A stretch of 64,000 nt of DNA from an uncultured Gammaproteobacteria bacterium (GCA_903938575.1 CAJADV010000085.1:9491-73490); one strand, 5' to 3'. Positions 42,491 through 52,672 are shown, counted from the first letter of the stretch. The notes: generated from the letters alone by a model not told the origin. Numbers and translations are program-made.

Positions 42491-45070
42491 TCAGAACGCG
42501 TACTTCAATTCGACGCCATAGAACTCCGGCGACGGCGGGGTGCCGTAGGTGGGCGAGCCATCCCAATAAGCGGTGCGCAGTGAATCCCCCAGCCCGCCGG
42601 GGCCTCCCGAGGACTTCGGACGCATCAGGTTCTGGGCGTACACCGCAGCCTCCCACTTGCCATCCGCGGAGGCAAAGGCCGCGCGGGCGGTCATGTACTC
42701 GTCATCGGCATAGCTGGGGCAGCTCGCAAAGGGAGCCTCGGTGAGCGGCGGCCCGTCGGCCGACTGCCGGGTGACCTGCAAGACGCCGTTGGCATCTTCC
42801 GAGAGGTCATAGAGATAGCCCTCGGGGGATGCGTACTTGCATGCCAGGCTGGCGCTGCCCTTGCCGAAGCTGTAATTCACGCTGAGCGTCAGCAGCCCGC
42901 TACTCACCGGCAGATCGAGGTTGGCGAACAGGTTGTAGTTGGTGGGCGAGTTCGCAAAGGCCGCGCCCTTGCGATCGCGATCGATGCACACCCCGTTCAC
43001 CACTTCCTTGTTGATGCTGCGCGTGTACTCGGCGTCGATCTTGCCGGAGTTGGCCCCTACGGTGAGACCCTCGACGATCATCCAGGTGACATCCAGCTCG
43101 TAGCCCGAACCCTTCACGTCGTCCGAGCCGAACTCATAGGCGCCGAGCCCGCCCGGGCGGCATTCCCCGGGAATGAACACCTGCCGCTGCAGGTTATCGT
43201 AGGTGTATTCAAAGATGGCGCCGTTGATGCGCAGGCGGTTGTCGAAGAACGTCGACTTGATCCCCGCCTCATGGTTCTCGACAGTCTCGGAATCGAGCGG
43301 GCCCTCGTCGATAGTGGGCCCCGCGCTGTTGTAACCGCCCGATTTGTAGCCGTTCGACCAGCTCGCGTAAAGCAGGATGTCCTCGGTGAGGTGCATGTCG
43401 AGTACCACGCGACTGGTCACCTCGTCCCAGGAGTGGTCCTGCCGGTACCAGCCGAGCGAGCCGTTCACCGGATCGTATTTGCCGTTGGCATCGACCCGCG
43501 TCTCTTCCTGGAAAGCGATCGGCACGCCGTAGGGGTTGAACTGGATAAAGCGCCCGAACTCCTTATGGTCATTGGTGTAACGCAGGCCACCCGTAAGGGT
43601 GAACATTTCGGAAATGTCGTAGGAGAGCTCGCCGAACGCTGCATAGGAACGATACTCGCCGTCGATCTTGAAGGAGTCGAGCCAGTAGTCGACCTGTTGC
43701 ACCAACTCACGCCCCGAGAGGCTGTTCGGAGCAAGCCCGCGGAAAGGCGAAAGCACGCTGTTCTTGAAGAAATCGAGGCCCGCACCGGGGTACAGGACGG
43801 TTGAATCGAGGCCGCCGATATCGGCAATGAACTGCGGCACGGTGAGCCCGCCGAGCACGCCTTCATCGTAGGGAATGCCAAGCAGCGGTGCGATCTGCAG
43901 ATCCCAGATCAGCTGGTCCGCGGTCTGCGGGCCGATGAACACGCCGCCCTCCTGCTTGGCGCTCTCCCAGAAATAGCTGCCTCCTACGGTCCACTGCCAC
44001 GCCGAGTCGCCGGTGGACTCGAAGCGCACCTCCTGGCTGAGCATTTCGTTGTCTTCGTCGTTCAGGTCATCGAAGTAGTAGCGCTTCTCGGCCGAACCAT
44101 CCTTGTCGCGGCGGTTGTAGGAGTTGAAGCTGCGGTAGGCGGTGATGGAGGTGAACTGCGTTTCGCCGAGATCCCACTGGAGATGCGCGGAGGTGCCGAA
44201 GAGCTCGCGACTCTCGTCGGGCACCCCGTCGCTCTGCATCTTGCGGTAGTTCGGGCCCTTGTGGCGCGGCCCCAGCGAGGCGCTTGAATCGGGGGCGGAG
44301 GTCTGGTCGATGTCGTCGTACTCCACGCGGAAGATCACGTCCAGATCCTCGCGCGGCAGCCAGCGCAGCGCGGCGTTGACCGACCAGTTTTTCTCGTCGG
44401 CGCGATCAGGCCCAGTGCCGGTGTCTTCGATCCACCCGTCACGCTCGTTGCTGACGGCGCCCATCCGCAGGAAAAGGTTGCTCGCAAGCGGCAGGTTGTA
44501 CACGCCCTCGAGCTGCAGCTTGTTGTAATTGCCGATGGTGGCCTTGACCCAGCCTTCTTCCTCCGCCACCGGTTTGTGAGTGATGACCTGGATCGCGCCT
44601 GCAGCCGCGTTGCGCCCGAACAGCGTGCCCTGGGGGCCGTTCAGCACCTCCACCCGCTCGACATCGTTGAAGGCCACGCGCGAGGCGCCGGAGCGACCGA
44701 CGTAAACACCATCGATATAGACACCGACCGCAGGCTCCAGGCCAACGCCGAAGTCGCCGGTGCCGATGCCGCGGATGCGATAACCCGGCTGGGTGACCTG
44801 GCCGTCGTCGACCTCGAGATTGGGCGTGAACTCGTCGATATCGCCGATGCTGTTGGCGATGAAGTTGTCGAGGGTTTCCTCGCCATAGGCCATGATCGAG
44901 ATCGGCACGTCCTGCAGCGCTTCGCTGCGCTTCTGGGCGGTGACGATGATTTCTTCCAACCCCGCCGCCGGCGCGGGCACCTTCTCGACTGCCAGGGCAG
45001 CGGCGGAAAGCAGTAGCGGGGCGCTGATCATCAGGACATTGCGGCCAAGGCCGGTATGCAAGGGCTTCAT
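42491..45070 (-). CDS. TonB-dependent outer-membrane receptor
   Basis: Signal peptide. LEEIIVTAQKRSEALQDVPISI plug start. VEVLNGPQGTLFGRNAAAGAI. Terminal ...ELKYAF. Confidence 0.9.
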   Translation of the reverse strand: MKPLHTGLGRNVLMISAPLLLSAAALAVEKVPAPAAGLEEIIVTAQKRSEALQDVPISIMAYGEETLDNFIANSIGDIDEFTPNLEVDDGQVTQPGYRIRGIGTGDFGVGLEPAVGVYIDGVYVGRSGASRVAFNDVERVEVLNGPQGTLFGRNAAAGAIQVITHKPVAEEEGWVKATIGNYNKLQLEGVYNLPLASNLFLRMGAVSNERDGWIEDTGTGPDRADEKNWSVNAALRWLPREDLDVIFRVEYDDIDQTSAPDSSASLGPRHKGPNYRKMQSDGVPDESRELFGTSAHLQWDLGETQFTSITAYRSFNSYNRRDKDGSAEKRYYFDDLNDEDNEMLSQEVRFESTGDSAWQWTVGGSYFWESAKQEGGVFIGPQTADQLIWDLQIAPLLGIPYDEGVLGGLTVPQFIADIGGLDSTVLYPGAGLDFFKNSVLSPFRGLAPNSLSGRELVQQVDYWLDSFKIDGEYRSYAAFGELSYDISEMFTLTGGLRYTNDHKEFGRFIQFNPYGVPIAFQEETRVDANGKYDPVNGSLGWYRQDHSWDEVTSRVVLDMHLTEDILLYASWSNGYKSGGYNSAGPTIDEGPLDSETVENHEAGIKSTFFDNRLRINGAIFEYTYDNLQRQVFIPGECRPGGLGAYEFGSDDVKGSGYELDVTWMIVEGLTVGANSGKIDAEYTRSINKEVVNGVCIDRDRKGAAFANSPTNYNLFANLDLPVSSGLLTLSVNYSFGKGSASLACKYASPEGYLYDLSEDANGVLQVTRQSADGPPLTEAPFASCPSYADDEYMTARAAFASADGKWEAAVYAQNLMRPKSSGGPGGLGDSLRTAYWDGSPTYGTPPSPEFYGVELKYAF

Positions 45071-45178
45071 GGAGACTCCGACGCGCTGATCATTGTTTTG
45101 TCCGACAGCCCTGAGGAAGCCGCCGATGTTTGTCGCGATGGTAGCATCGCCCCGGGATCACGGTAAGCGGGCACGGAC

Positions 45179-45844
45179 ATGAGCAGAACACCTCGCCGCG
45201 AGGACTCGCCGATGGGACTTGCTGACTGCATGCGGCGCATCGCTGCCGCCGGTCTCTCGGCGGGCACCTCTGGCAATGTATCGGTGCGAACGGGCACTGG
45301 CATGTGCATCACGCCGAGCGGTGTGGAGCCGGCCCTGCTGCACGCAGACAGCGGCGTCGCCATGCGCCTCGATGGCAGCGTGCTGGAGGGATCGCTGGAG
45401 CCCTCGAGCGAGTGGCGCATGCATGCAGCCATCTACGCGGCACGCCCGGATGCAGGCGCCATCGTGCATTGCCATTCGCGCCACGCGACGGCGCTCGCCT
45501 GCTGCGGCAGGGGAATCCCGGCGTTCCACTACATGGTCGCGGTGGCCGGCGGCGATTCCATCCGCTGCTCGCCCTATGCCATGTTCGGCTCGGCTGAACT
45601 CGCCGCGCTGGCGCTAACCGCGCTGGAAGATCGCCGGGCCTGCCTGCTCGGCAACCACGGGCAGATTGCACTGGGGGGTTCGCTGGACGCGGCACTCGCC
45701 CTTGCAACGGAGGTCGAGGAACTCGCCGCGCAGTACGTCACTGCGCTGTCGGTGGGCGAACCGCTGCTACTCGATGACGCGCGCATGCGCGCCGTGATCG
45801 AACGCTTCGGCACCTACGGCCAGCCCCGGCCCGTATCGGGCTGA
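45179..45844 (+). CDS. Class II aldolase/adducin-family protein
   Basis: GTSGNVSVR, SSEWRMHAAIY, IVHCHS and LLGNHGQIALG motifs. The start may be the internal Met (MGLADC...). Confidence 0.85.
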   Translation: MSRTPRREDSPMGLADCMRRIAAAGLSAGTSGNVSVRTGTGMCITPSGVEPALLHADSGVAMRLDGSVLEGSLEPSSEWRMHAAIYAARPDAGAIVHCHSRHATALACCGRGIPAFHYMVAVAGGDSIRCSPYAMFGSAELAALALTALEDRRACLLGNHGQIALGGSLDAALALATEVEELAAQYVTALSVGEPLLLDDARMRAVIERFGTYGQPRPVSG

Positions 45845-45870
45845 AACCCCGGAAACGGTAGCCCCGGAGA

Positions 45871-47367
45871 TCAGCGCGTCAGCGCCAGCATGTACTTGGC
45901 CACCTCGAGACGCGTCTGCGGATCGAGGTAGTCCTGAGGCGGCATCTCGGGGAAATCGGGGCGCTTCCTGACCGGCTTGGCGATGTAATCGGCGAGCCCT
46001 TGGGGGTCATCGAGATACAGCGCCTGAATGGCCTGCACCGGCGGCCCGATCAGGCGGCCGTTGTAGAGATGGCATCCCGAGCAGACTCCCAGATACGCCA
46101 CCTTGCCTCGCTCGGCGAGCTCGATGGTGCGCGGCGGCACGGGCGGCAACAGGTAGGTGATACGGTCTGCGGTATCGCTGAACCCACACTCCGCAAAATC
46201 GCCGACACCCGCCGTCACGTAGCGCTCGCGCTCCCGGATGCAGCTCCCCGGGCTCGGCCCCGCCCGCGCGATGTCGACATCGCCACCCTTGAGCTCGCTA
46301 AGCAGCAGCGCCTTCACTTCGGGGATGGTGTCGTAGCCGTTGTGGAGCATCACGTTGTCGAGGATGGCCACGCGATCCGAGTTGGGGTCGGACTCGGGAT
46401 CAGCCGTGATGTTGGCGGCGTGCGCGTGGTCGACAATCAGCACACCGATCGCCTTGTTGTCGCTGATGATGTTGCCCTCGATCACCACGTCATCGGCGGC
46501 CATGACGAGGATGCCGGTGCCCGAGGGGATCCCGGCAACTGTCGAACCAGGTGCGGCGAAATTCACATGGTTGTTGCGCACCACGAAGTTGTGGCGGAAA
46601 ACCACGTCGAAGGTGGTTTTGATCGGCAGTCCCGGCGTGATGAACGCCAGCAGCCCGCCGGCATTGTCGTGGACGTAGTTGTTCTCGACGATGGCGTGGC
46701 GGCTGTTCTCGATCTCGATGCCCGCAACACTGTCAAAAACCTCGTTGTGGGCGACGTGAATGTTGTCGCTCATGCCCACATAGATCGCCGCATCGGCAAT
46801 GCCGGAGACCACGTTGTACTCGACGATGCCGTTCTGTCCGAGCTGCGGGAAGATGCCGTAAACACCGGTATCAACCACGACGTTGTTGCGGATTTCGAAA
46901 TTGTTGCCCGCCTGTCCCATGATGCCGTTGCCCTTGTAGGCGCGCAGCTCCAGGTTCTCGACCACCACGTTGTTGCCCGAGTAGAGAATGGCGTCGTTCA
47001 AGGTGCCGCCGCCGTCTAACACCGGGCGCTTGCCCGCCTCGATCACGCCGACCAGACGGATGTTGTCCTTGTCGATATAAACGCTTTCCCGGTATGTGCC
47101 GGGCATGATGCGGATGGTGGTGCCGGGCTGGGCGGCGCCCACGGCCGCCTGTATGGAGTCGCCCTCCTCGACCGTCACCACATGCGGACCGGCCGGGCCC
47201 GCGACCGAGCGTATGGGCTGCGCCGCAGTGCCGCCGGGAGCGGTTGCTGCGTGGGCGGCCGCTGGCCGCGGGACCACCACGGCGGCGGCGGCATCACGCC
47301 CAGCATGGCGTCCAGCTGCAAATCCCACTGCCGCCAGCAGCAGTCCGACAAGCAAGGTCCTGATCAT
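45871..47367 (-). CDS. Secreted parallel beta-helix repeat protein fused to a C-terminal mono-haem cytochrome c domain
   Basis: N-terminal signal-like helix. Repeated NN(V/I)xxxxxxGI beta-helix turns (AAIYVGMSDNIHVAHNEVFDSVAGIEIENSRHAIVENNYVHDNAGG). C-terminal CSGCH haem-binding motif with a downstream PEMPP. Confidence 0.8.
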   Translation of the reverse strand: MIRTLLVGLLLAAVGFAAGRHAGRDAAAAVVVPRPAAAHAATAPGGTAAQPIRSVAGPAGPHVVTVEEGDSIQAAVGAAQPGTTIRIMPGTYRESVYIDKDNIRLVGVIEAGKRPVLDGGGTLNDAILYSGNNVVVENLELRAYKGNGIMGQAGNNFEIRNNVVVDTGVYGIFPQLGQNGIVEYNVVSGIADAAIYVGMSDNIHVAHNEVFDSVAGIEIENSRHAIVENNYVHDNAGGLLAFITPGLPIKTTFDVVFRHNFVVRNNHVNFAAPGSTVAGIPSGTGILVMAADDVVIEGNIISDNKAIGVLIVDHAHAANITADPESDPNSDRVAILDNVMLHNGYDTIPEVKALLLSELKGGDVDIARAGPSPGSCIRERERYVTAGVGDFAECGFSDTADRITYLLPPVPPRTIELAERGKVAYLGVCSGCHLYNGRLIGPPVQAIQALYLDDPQGLADYIAKPVRKRPDFPEMPPQDYLDPQTRLEVAKYMLALTR

Positions 47368-48575
47368 GTGCGACTTCCTTTTGTTGTTTGCACCGGGCCG
47401 GCCACCGCGCCCCCGGATATTGCGCGCCTGCCGAAGGGTGGCAGACCCGAGGGGAGCCGCTCCGGCACCTGCGGCATGAAACTTTCGTCGGTCAGGGTCT
47501 GCAGGAAGTCGACCAGCCGGTCGAGCTCCTGATCCGAAAGCCGCGGCTCCCAGATGTGCCAGTGCAGGTACATCTCGACCCCCGGCGGCACGGCATGTCC
47601 GCGCCCGCCCGTGTAGAAGGCCACGGCCTCACGCAGCGTCGCGAAGCGGCCGGAATGCATGTACGGCGCAGTGAGCGCGATGTTGCGCAGCGTCGGGACC
47701 TTGAACCCACCCTTCAACTTCGGCGCATTGAACGTTTTCTCAGCGCCTACGTCCAGAGCGCGCCCTGCGGGCTCGGGGCTGCCGATCACGGCGATCTGCT
47801 GGTTGGTGAACAAGGGCGGCGTGTGACACTCGGCACACCGGGCCACAAAGGACCGGAACACGTTCAGCCCCTCTATTTCGTGCGCGCTGAGTGCCTGCGG
47901 ATAACCAAGCGCATAGCGGTCATAGCGGCTGTTCAGCGAGATGAGTGAAGACTGGAAGGCCGCGATCGCCCGGTAGATCGCCGCGAGCGTGACAACACCC
48001 GTCTCTGCGGGAAAAGCCTCGGCGAACAACCGCCGGTACTGTGCATTGGCGTTCAGGTCGGCGACCAGTTTCGCCGGCGTGTTGGCCATCTCGACAGCGG
48101 AAAAAAGTGATCCCTGCATCTGCTCTTCGAGGCTCCGCGCGCTCGCATCCCACTGCAGGCGCTTGAGGAATGTCACGTTCCAGAGCGTGGGCGCGGCACG
48201 GCCAACATCTTCGCCCGCAGGCCCGACGGCGCGCGCGCGGCCATCACTGAAACCGAGTTCGGGATCGTGGCAGCTGGCGCATGAGCTGCCCCGGTCGGCG
48301 GACAACAGCGGATCGAAGAAAAGGTAGCGCCCGAGATCCATCTGCTGCGGCGTGAAGCCCTCGCGATGGGGCGGCAGGTGGGTAGTAGTTCCACCGACGC
48401 CGGCGTCCTGCAGAGAACCGTAAACCTGATAGCGATTGCGCAGCGCGCAGACGCCCTCAGGCAGCAACTCGAAGCTGGGTGGACAGTACTCGCGCAGCCT
48501 GATCGACGGGTCTGCGGCGGCGGCCCCAGACGCCGTCGCCAGCACGACACCGAGCAGGAGCGCGCAAAGTTTCAT
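47364..48575 (-). CDS. Di-haem cytochrome c peroxidase / MauG-family protein
   Basis: Start at internal ATG 48575 (MKLCALLLGVVLATASGAAAA signal). CASCHDPELGFSDG and CAECHTPP haem motifs. ATGA overlaps at both ends. Confidence 0.85.
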   Translation of the reverse strand: MKLCALLLGVVLATASGAAAADPSIRLREYCPPSFELLPEGVCALRNRYQVYGSLQDAGVGGTTTHLPPHREGFTPQQMDLGRYLFFDPLLSADRGSSCASCHDPELGFSDGRARAVGPAGEDVGRAAPTLWNVTFLKRLQWDASARSLEEQMQGSLFSAVEMANTPAKLVADLNANAQYRRLFAEAFPAETGVVTLAAIYRAIAAFQSSLISLNSRYDRYALGYPQALSAHEIEGLNVFRSFVARCAECHTPPLFTNQQIAVIGSPEPAGRALDVGAEKTFNAPKLKGGFKVPTLRNIALTAPYMHSGRFATLREAVAFYTGGRGHAVPPGVEMYLHWHIWEPRLSDQELDRLVDFLQTLTDESFMPQVPERLPSGLPPFGRRAISGGAVAGPVQTTKGSRT

Positions 48576-49204
48576 TGTGCACCCGGAGGCTGCGCGCGCA
48601 GCCAGGACAATACCGCGTCGAGTTCCGCACCGGTGTCGATGGTCTTCGCCATCATTGCCATCTGGCGCCCGTAGCGGTCCGCGGGATGCGCGCCACGCCG
48701 CCCCTCGCGAAACGCCAGAAATTGCCGCCGCAGGTAAGCGCTGTCGAGGCCCGTGAGCCGCGGCGCGTTCAAGGCCGGATAGCCTTCTCCCGTCACGCCA
48801 TGGCAGGCCGCGCATTTTCCCTGCCAGAGATTGTTGCCCTCGCGCAGATCGCCCGCCACGGCTGCGCTGAGCGCAGGCCGCGGCAGGGACGCCATCCAGG
48901 CCGCGAGCTCCGCCACATCGCTGTCTGTCGCGATGGCCGTTGCCATGCCACGCATCTGCACGGCGGATACCTCGGCGCCATCGCCGCCGCGTACACCCGC
49001 GCGAAAATTACGCAGCTGACGCTCCAGATAGGCGGCGTCCTGGCCGGCAAGCGCCGGTGCCTGCAGCGCTGCATTGCCGGTGGCCGCGGCGCCGTGACAG
49101 GCGACACACGCGGCGAAGAGTGCCTTCCCGCCCGCCGCGGCAGTCTCGGCGCGCGCCACCACGGACAGCAGCATGGCGAGCAGCAGCAAGAACCGGTATC
49201 TCAT
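48572..49204 (-). CDS. Di-haem cytochrome c (c4-like)
   Basis: Start at ATG 49204 (MRYRFLLLLAMLLSVVARA signal). Two CxxCH motifs (CVACH, CAACH), each followed by a ...MRGMA / ...QMAMMA Met-ligand region. Confidence 0.85.
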   Translation of the reverse strand: MRYRFLLLLAMLLSVVARAETAAAGGKALFAACVACHGAAATGNAALQAPALAGQDAAYLERQLRNFRAGVRGGDGAEVSAVQMRGMATAIATDSDVAELAAWMASLPRPALSAAVAGDLREGNNLWQGKCAACHGVTGEGYPALNAPRLTGLDSAYLRRQFLAFREGRRGAHPADRYGRQMAMMAKTIDTGAELDAVLSWLRAQPPGAQ

Positions 49205-49380
49205 GGCGGGTATCCCCGATAGTGCAGGCGTGCGACGCACTCGAGCGACGATATTACATGTGCCCGTGTCACCGCACTGCGAGCCTCATTACGAAGTGTC
49301 CGGAATGCCCGCTGTGCAGCTGCCCGGCGCTATGCTTGGCCCGATTGAAGCTGCCTTCGCCACCGGAGGATTTCCGCACC

Positions 49381-50505
49381 ATGGACATCGACCCCGCATC
49401 ACCCAGCCCGCGCACCTCGACGCGCGATCGCACGGAACTGCGCGCAGGCCTCGAAGCCTGGCTTGAAAGCCAGTACGCCGGCGCGCGGATCACGGACTTC
49501 TCCGCCCCCACGGCGAACGGTATGTCGAGCGAAACGCTGCTCTTCACGGCAATCTGGGCCGATGAGGGTATCGAGGGCCGCCACCGTTGCGTGGCGCGTC
49601 TTCCGCCGGCGGCAGATGCGGTGCCCATCTTTCCGGTCTATGACCTCGAAAAGCAGTCGCGCGTCATGCGTATCGCGCGCGAGCGCACCGAACTGCCGGT
49701 GCCACGCGTGCTGTGGTACGAAGCAGACGCCGCACACCTCGGCGCGCCATTCATCGTGATGGAGCGCATGGATGGCGAGGCGCCACCGGACGTGCCGCCG
49801 TATGTCTTCGACTCGTGGTTGCTGCGCGCCGACCCCGAACTGCAGGCACAGCTGCAATCACGCGCGATCGGCGTCATCGCCGATCTCCACCGCGTCGCGC
49901 TCACGGAGGATGACATTGCGTATCTGCGCGCATCACAGGGCGAGGGCTCAGCGCTGCGGCGGCATGTGGAGGCGCAGCGCGAGTTCTACGCCTGGGTCTG
50001 CTCCGACGGCATCAGACTGCCGGTCATAGAGCGCGGTTTCGAGTGGCTCGAGGCACACTGGCCCGACAACGAGCACGACGAAGTGCTGAGCTGGGGCGAC
50101 GCCCGCATCGGGAACATGCTGTTCACCGACTTCAGGCCGAGCGCCATACTCGACTGGGAGATGGCGGCAACCGGCCCGCGCGAGATGGATCTCGGGTGGA
50201 TGATCTACCTGCATCATTTTTTCCAGGACTTCACACCGCTCGTGGGTTTGCCCGGCATCCCGGGAATGATGGGCCTGGACAGCGCCGCAGCAACGTATGC
50301 CAGCGCGAGCGGGCACCGCCCCCGCAACCTCGAGATCTATGCCTTTTACGCGGCCTTGCGGCACGGGATCCTGATGTCGCGCACCGCCCGACGGGGAATC
50401 CTCTTTGGCGAGGCGACAATGCCGGCAGACCCCGACGATCTGGTCATGCACCGGGCCTCGCTAGAGGCGATGATGGCCGGGACCTACTGGGATTCGCGCC
50501 GCTGA
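49381..50505 (+). CDS. Phosphotransferase (APH / kinase-like fold) family protein
   Basis: Start ATG 49381 is preceded by GGAGGA. APFIVMERMDGE hinge. LSWGDARIGNMLF...ILDWEM (HxDxxxxN-like catalytic loop plus DWE). The 5' 440 nt of the track ORF is treated as non-coding. Confidence 0.8.
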   Translation: MDIDPASPSPRTSTRDRTELRAGLEAWLESQYAGARITDFSAPTANGMSSETLLFTAIWADEGIEGRHRCVARLPPAADAVPIFPVYDLEKQSRVMRIARERTELPVPRVLWYEADAAHLGAPFIVMERMDGEAPPDVPPYVFDSWLLRADPELQAQLQSRAIGVIADLHRVALTEDDIAYLRASQGEGSALRRHVEAQREFYAWVCSDGIRLPVIERGFEWLEAHWPDNEHDEVLSWGDARIGNMLFTDFRPSAILDWEMAATGPREMDLGWMIYLHHFFQDFTPLVGLPGIPGMMGLDSAAATYASASGHRPRNLEIYAFYAALRHGILMSRTARRGILFGEATMPADPDDLVMHRASLEAMMAGTYWDSRR

Positions 50506-50591
50506 GCCACCAGCCCGGACAACGCCAGGCCAGACCCGCCCGCCCCAGACCCAGACCTGAGCAGACTGTAACTCGCGATTAACATAACCGG

Positions 50592-50617
50592 TTGATATAG
50601 TCTCTCCTGGTTATCAA
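50592..50617. promoter_or_regulatory. Inverted repeat TTGATA-N14-TATCAA upstream of the MarR-efflux operon (candidate operator/promoter)
   Basis: Exact 6-bp inverted arms 14-39 nt upstream of the MarR ATG. An adjacent AACCGGTT palindrome lies at 50586-50593. Confidence 0.35.
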
Positions 50618-50630
50618 TGCGCGCAAGTCT

Positions 50631-51554
50631 ATGGCTGCCAACGATTTCGAGCAGAACTGGGCCCTGCTGGTGCACGACACCGCCCGGCTCATCCGCCGGC
50701 GCTTCGATGTCTCCATCCGCGACCTCGGACTCACGCAGGCCAAATGGCGGGTGCTGGGGACGCTCTCGCGCCACCCCGGGATTACGCAGTCGGAACTCGC
50801 GGAGAGGCTGGACATCGAGAAAGCCCCGCTGGGGCTCGCCCTTGAATGGCTCGATCAGGCCGGCTGGATCCGGCGCGAGAAAGACCCCACCGACCGGCGC
50901 GCCCGCCGGGTCTATCTGCGCGAGCAGTCGACGCCTACCCTGAAGGCCATGGAGGAGCGCTTCCGCCTGGTCGAGAGCAATTATCTGCGCGGCTTCGACG
51001 AGTCCGAAGTGGCCGAACTGCTCGATGCCCTGCAGGCCGTTCGCACAATGCTGCGCACGGCAGACCACATCGCCAAGGACGCCGACACAGGCCGCCAGGA
51101 TACCTACCTCAGCGTGCTCTTCGAGTGCTCCCGTCTGCTGATGAGGCGCTTCGACGTGCGCCTCGGCGAAATGGGCTTCACGCGGCAGCAATGGCTCGCA
51201 CTGAACACCATCGAGCAGCGCGAGGGGCTGCGCCAGAGCGACCTCGCCGAGGCAACCGAGGTGGGTGCCGCCGCCACCGGAAAGCTGGTCGATGCACTCG
51301 AGCGCGGAGCCTGGGTGGAGCGCCGCGTCGACGCCGCCGATCGCCGGGCCAACCGTCTGCATATCAGTCGCCGCGGGCGCTCGATGCTTGCCTCCACGCG
51401 CGAGCGCTTTGATCGCTTGCACGGCGATCTCGATCGCTCGCTCGGGCGCGAGCGCCACCGCATTCTGGTCAAGCGCCTTGGCTGGATCAGACAGCGTCTC
51501 CTCGAGGAAGGCGTTCACACCGCAGAGGCGCGGCGCGCCGGAGCACGCTCATGA
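50631..51554 (+). CDS. Tandem (duplicated) MarR-family transcriptional regulator
   Basis: Two complete wHTH units in one 307-aa chain: LTQAKWRVLGTLSRHPGITQSELAERLDIEKAPLGLALEWLDQAGWIRREKDPTDRRARRVYL and FTRQQWLALNTIEQREGLRQSDLAEATEVGAAATGKLVDALERGAWVERRVDAADRRANRLHI. Confidence 0.85.
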   Translation: MAANDFEQNWALLVHDTARLIRRRFDVSIRDLGLTQAKWRVLGTLSRHPGITQSELAERLDIEKAPLGLALEWLDQAGWIRREKDPTDRRARRVYLREQSTPTLKAMEERFRLVESNYLRGFDESEVAELLDALQAVRTMLRTADHIAKDADTGRQDTYLSVLFECSRLLMRRFDVRLGEMGFTRQQWLALNTIEQREGLRQSDLAEATEVGAAATGKLVDALERGAWVERRVDAADRRANRLHISRRGRSMLASTRERFDRLHGDLDRSLGRERHRILVKRLGWIRQRLLEEGVHTAEARRAGARS

Positions 51555-52672
51555 GCAATTCCATGCCCCCCGCAATGACGGGCCAGCCAACGCGGCGCCT
51601 TGCCGGCACGCCGCGCAACCTGATGCTCGCGGCACTCACCATCACCGCCCTTGCCGCTTTCAGCTGGTGGATCTACCAGCGCTCGACACACGTCTACTCC
51701 GAGGACGCGCGTGTTGCCACGCGCATGATCGAGGTGAGCACGCGCGCGGCGGGACAGGTGAACACATTCGCCGTTGGCCAGGGGCGTCGTCTCGAGCCAG
51801 GCGCCCTGATCGCACAAATCGATGACCGCGCCGCGCGGCTCACGCTGGAGGAGCTCGAGGCGACGCTGCAGTCGCTGCAATCCCAGCGCGAACGGATCGC
51901 CACGCAGATCGACATGGTCGACCGCGAGACCGGGGGCAAGCTGCGCGCCACGCGCTCCCAGTACGATGCCGCAGTGGCTTCACGCGCCTCCGCCGCATCC
52001 GATCTCGAATTGAAAAAAGGCGAATGGGAGCGCGCGCAGTCACTGATCGCGCGGCAGATCATCTCGCAGCAGCAATGGGAGAATGCACGCAACGCCTGGC
52101 AGCAGTCCGAGCAGATGCTTCAGCGCGCCATGGCCGAAGCCGAAAGCGCTCGCGCGCTGGTCGCCGAAGCCGAGGCCTCGCAGAGCCAGATGCAAGTGCT
52201 GGCCAGCGAGGAGCGCGGGCTCGAGCACGAAGGCGAGCGCATCAGCGCCTCGATCGCCCGGCAGAAAGTGGCCATCGGAGAACTGCGTGTCACGGCTACC
52301 GCCGGCGGCGTGGTGGACCAGACATTCGTGCACGCCGGCGAGTACGTGGTGCCCGGCCAGCGCCTGTTGCTGATGCACGACCCGGCCCACATCTGGATCG
52401 ACGCCAACATCAAGGAAACCGAGATACGCCACCTGCAACCGGGAAATCCCGTCGCGATCCACGTCGATGCCTATCCCGGCCGCAAGTTCAACGGCGAGGT
52501 GAAATTGGTCGGCAATGCCGCGACCAGCCAGTTCTCGCTCTTGCCACAGGGAAATGCCAGCGGCAACTTCACCAAGGTCACGCAGCGCCTGCCAGTGCGC
52601 ATCTCGATCTCGCAGGCCGACGAACTGCTGCGCCCCGGGATGATGGTCGAGGTCGCGATTGAGATCCGCTGA
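51551..52672 (+). CDS. HlyD-family membrane fusion protein (EmrA-like)
   Basis: Single N-terminal TM, long coiled-coil region, and a C-terminal barrel ending FTKVTQRLPVRI. ATGA overlap with the MarR stop. Confidence 0.85.
   Translation: MSNSMPPAMTGQPTRRLAGTPRNLMLAALTITALAAFSWWIYQRSTHVYSEDARVATRMIEVSTRAAGQVNTFAVGQGRRLEPGALIAQIDDRAARLTLEELEATLQSLQSQRERIATQIDMVDRETGGKLRATRSQYDAAVASRASAASDLELKKGEWERAQSLIARQIISQQQWENARNAWQQSEQMLQRAMAEAESARALVAEAEASQSQMQVLASEERGLEHEGERISASIARQKVAIGELRVTATAGGVVDQTFVHAGEYVVPGQRLLLMHDPAHIWIDANIKETEIRHLQPGNPVAIHVDAYPGRKFNGEVKLVGNAATSQFSLLPQGNASGNFTKVTQRLPVRISISQADELLRPGMMVEVAIEIR

Noticed and set aside
45071-45178. Possible Fur box or cobalamin riboswitch upstream of the second TonB-dependent receptor
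   Set aside because: Only a weak AATGAT-like half-site (…CAATGATCAG…) is present. The 108-nt leader is too short and lacks conserved B12-box features.
48940-49380. N-terminal 147 codons of the 521-aa track ORF for the phosphotransferase
   Set aside because: The extension is antisense to the cytochrome c4 gene and is Arg/Pro-rich. The internal ATG 49381 has a GGAGGA SD and begins the recognisable kinase-fold sequence.
50484-51518. 344-aa minus-strand ORF
   Set aside because: It is antisense to the tandem MarR gene, which has two clear wHTH units.
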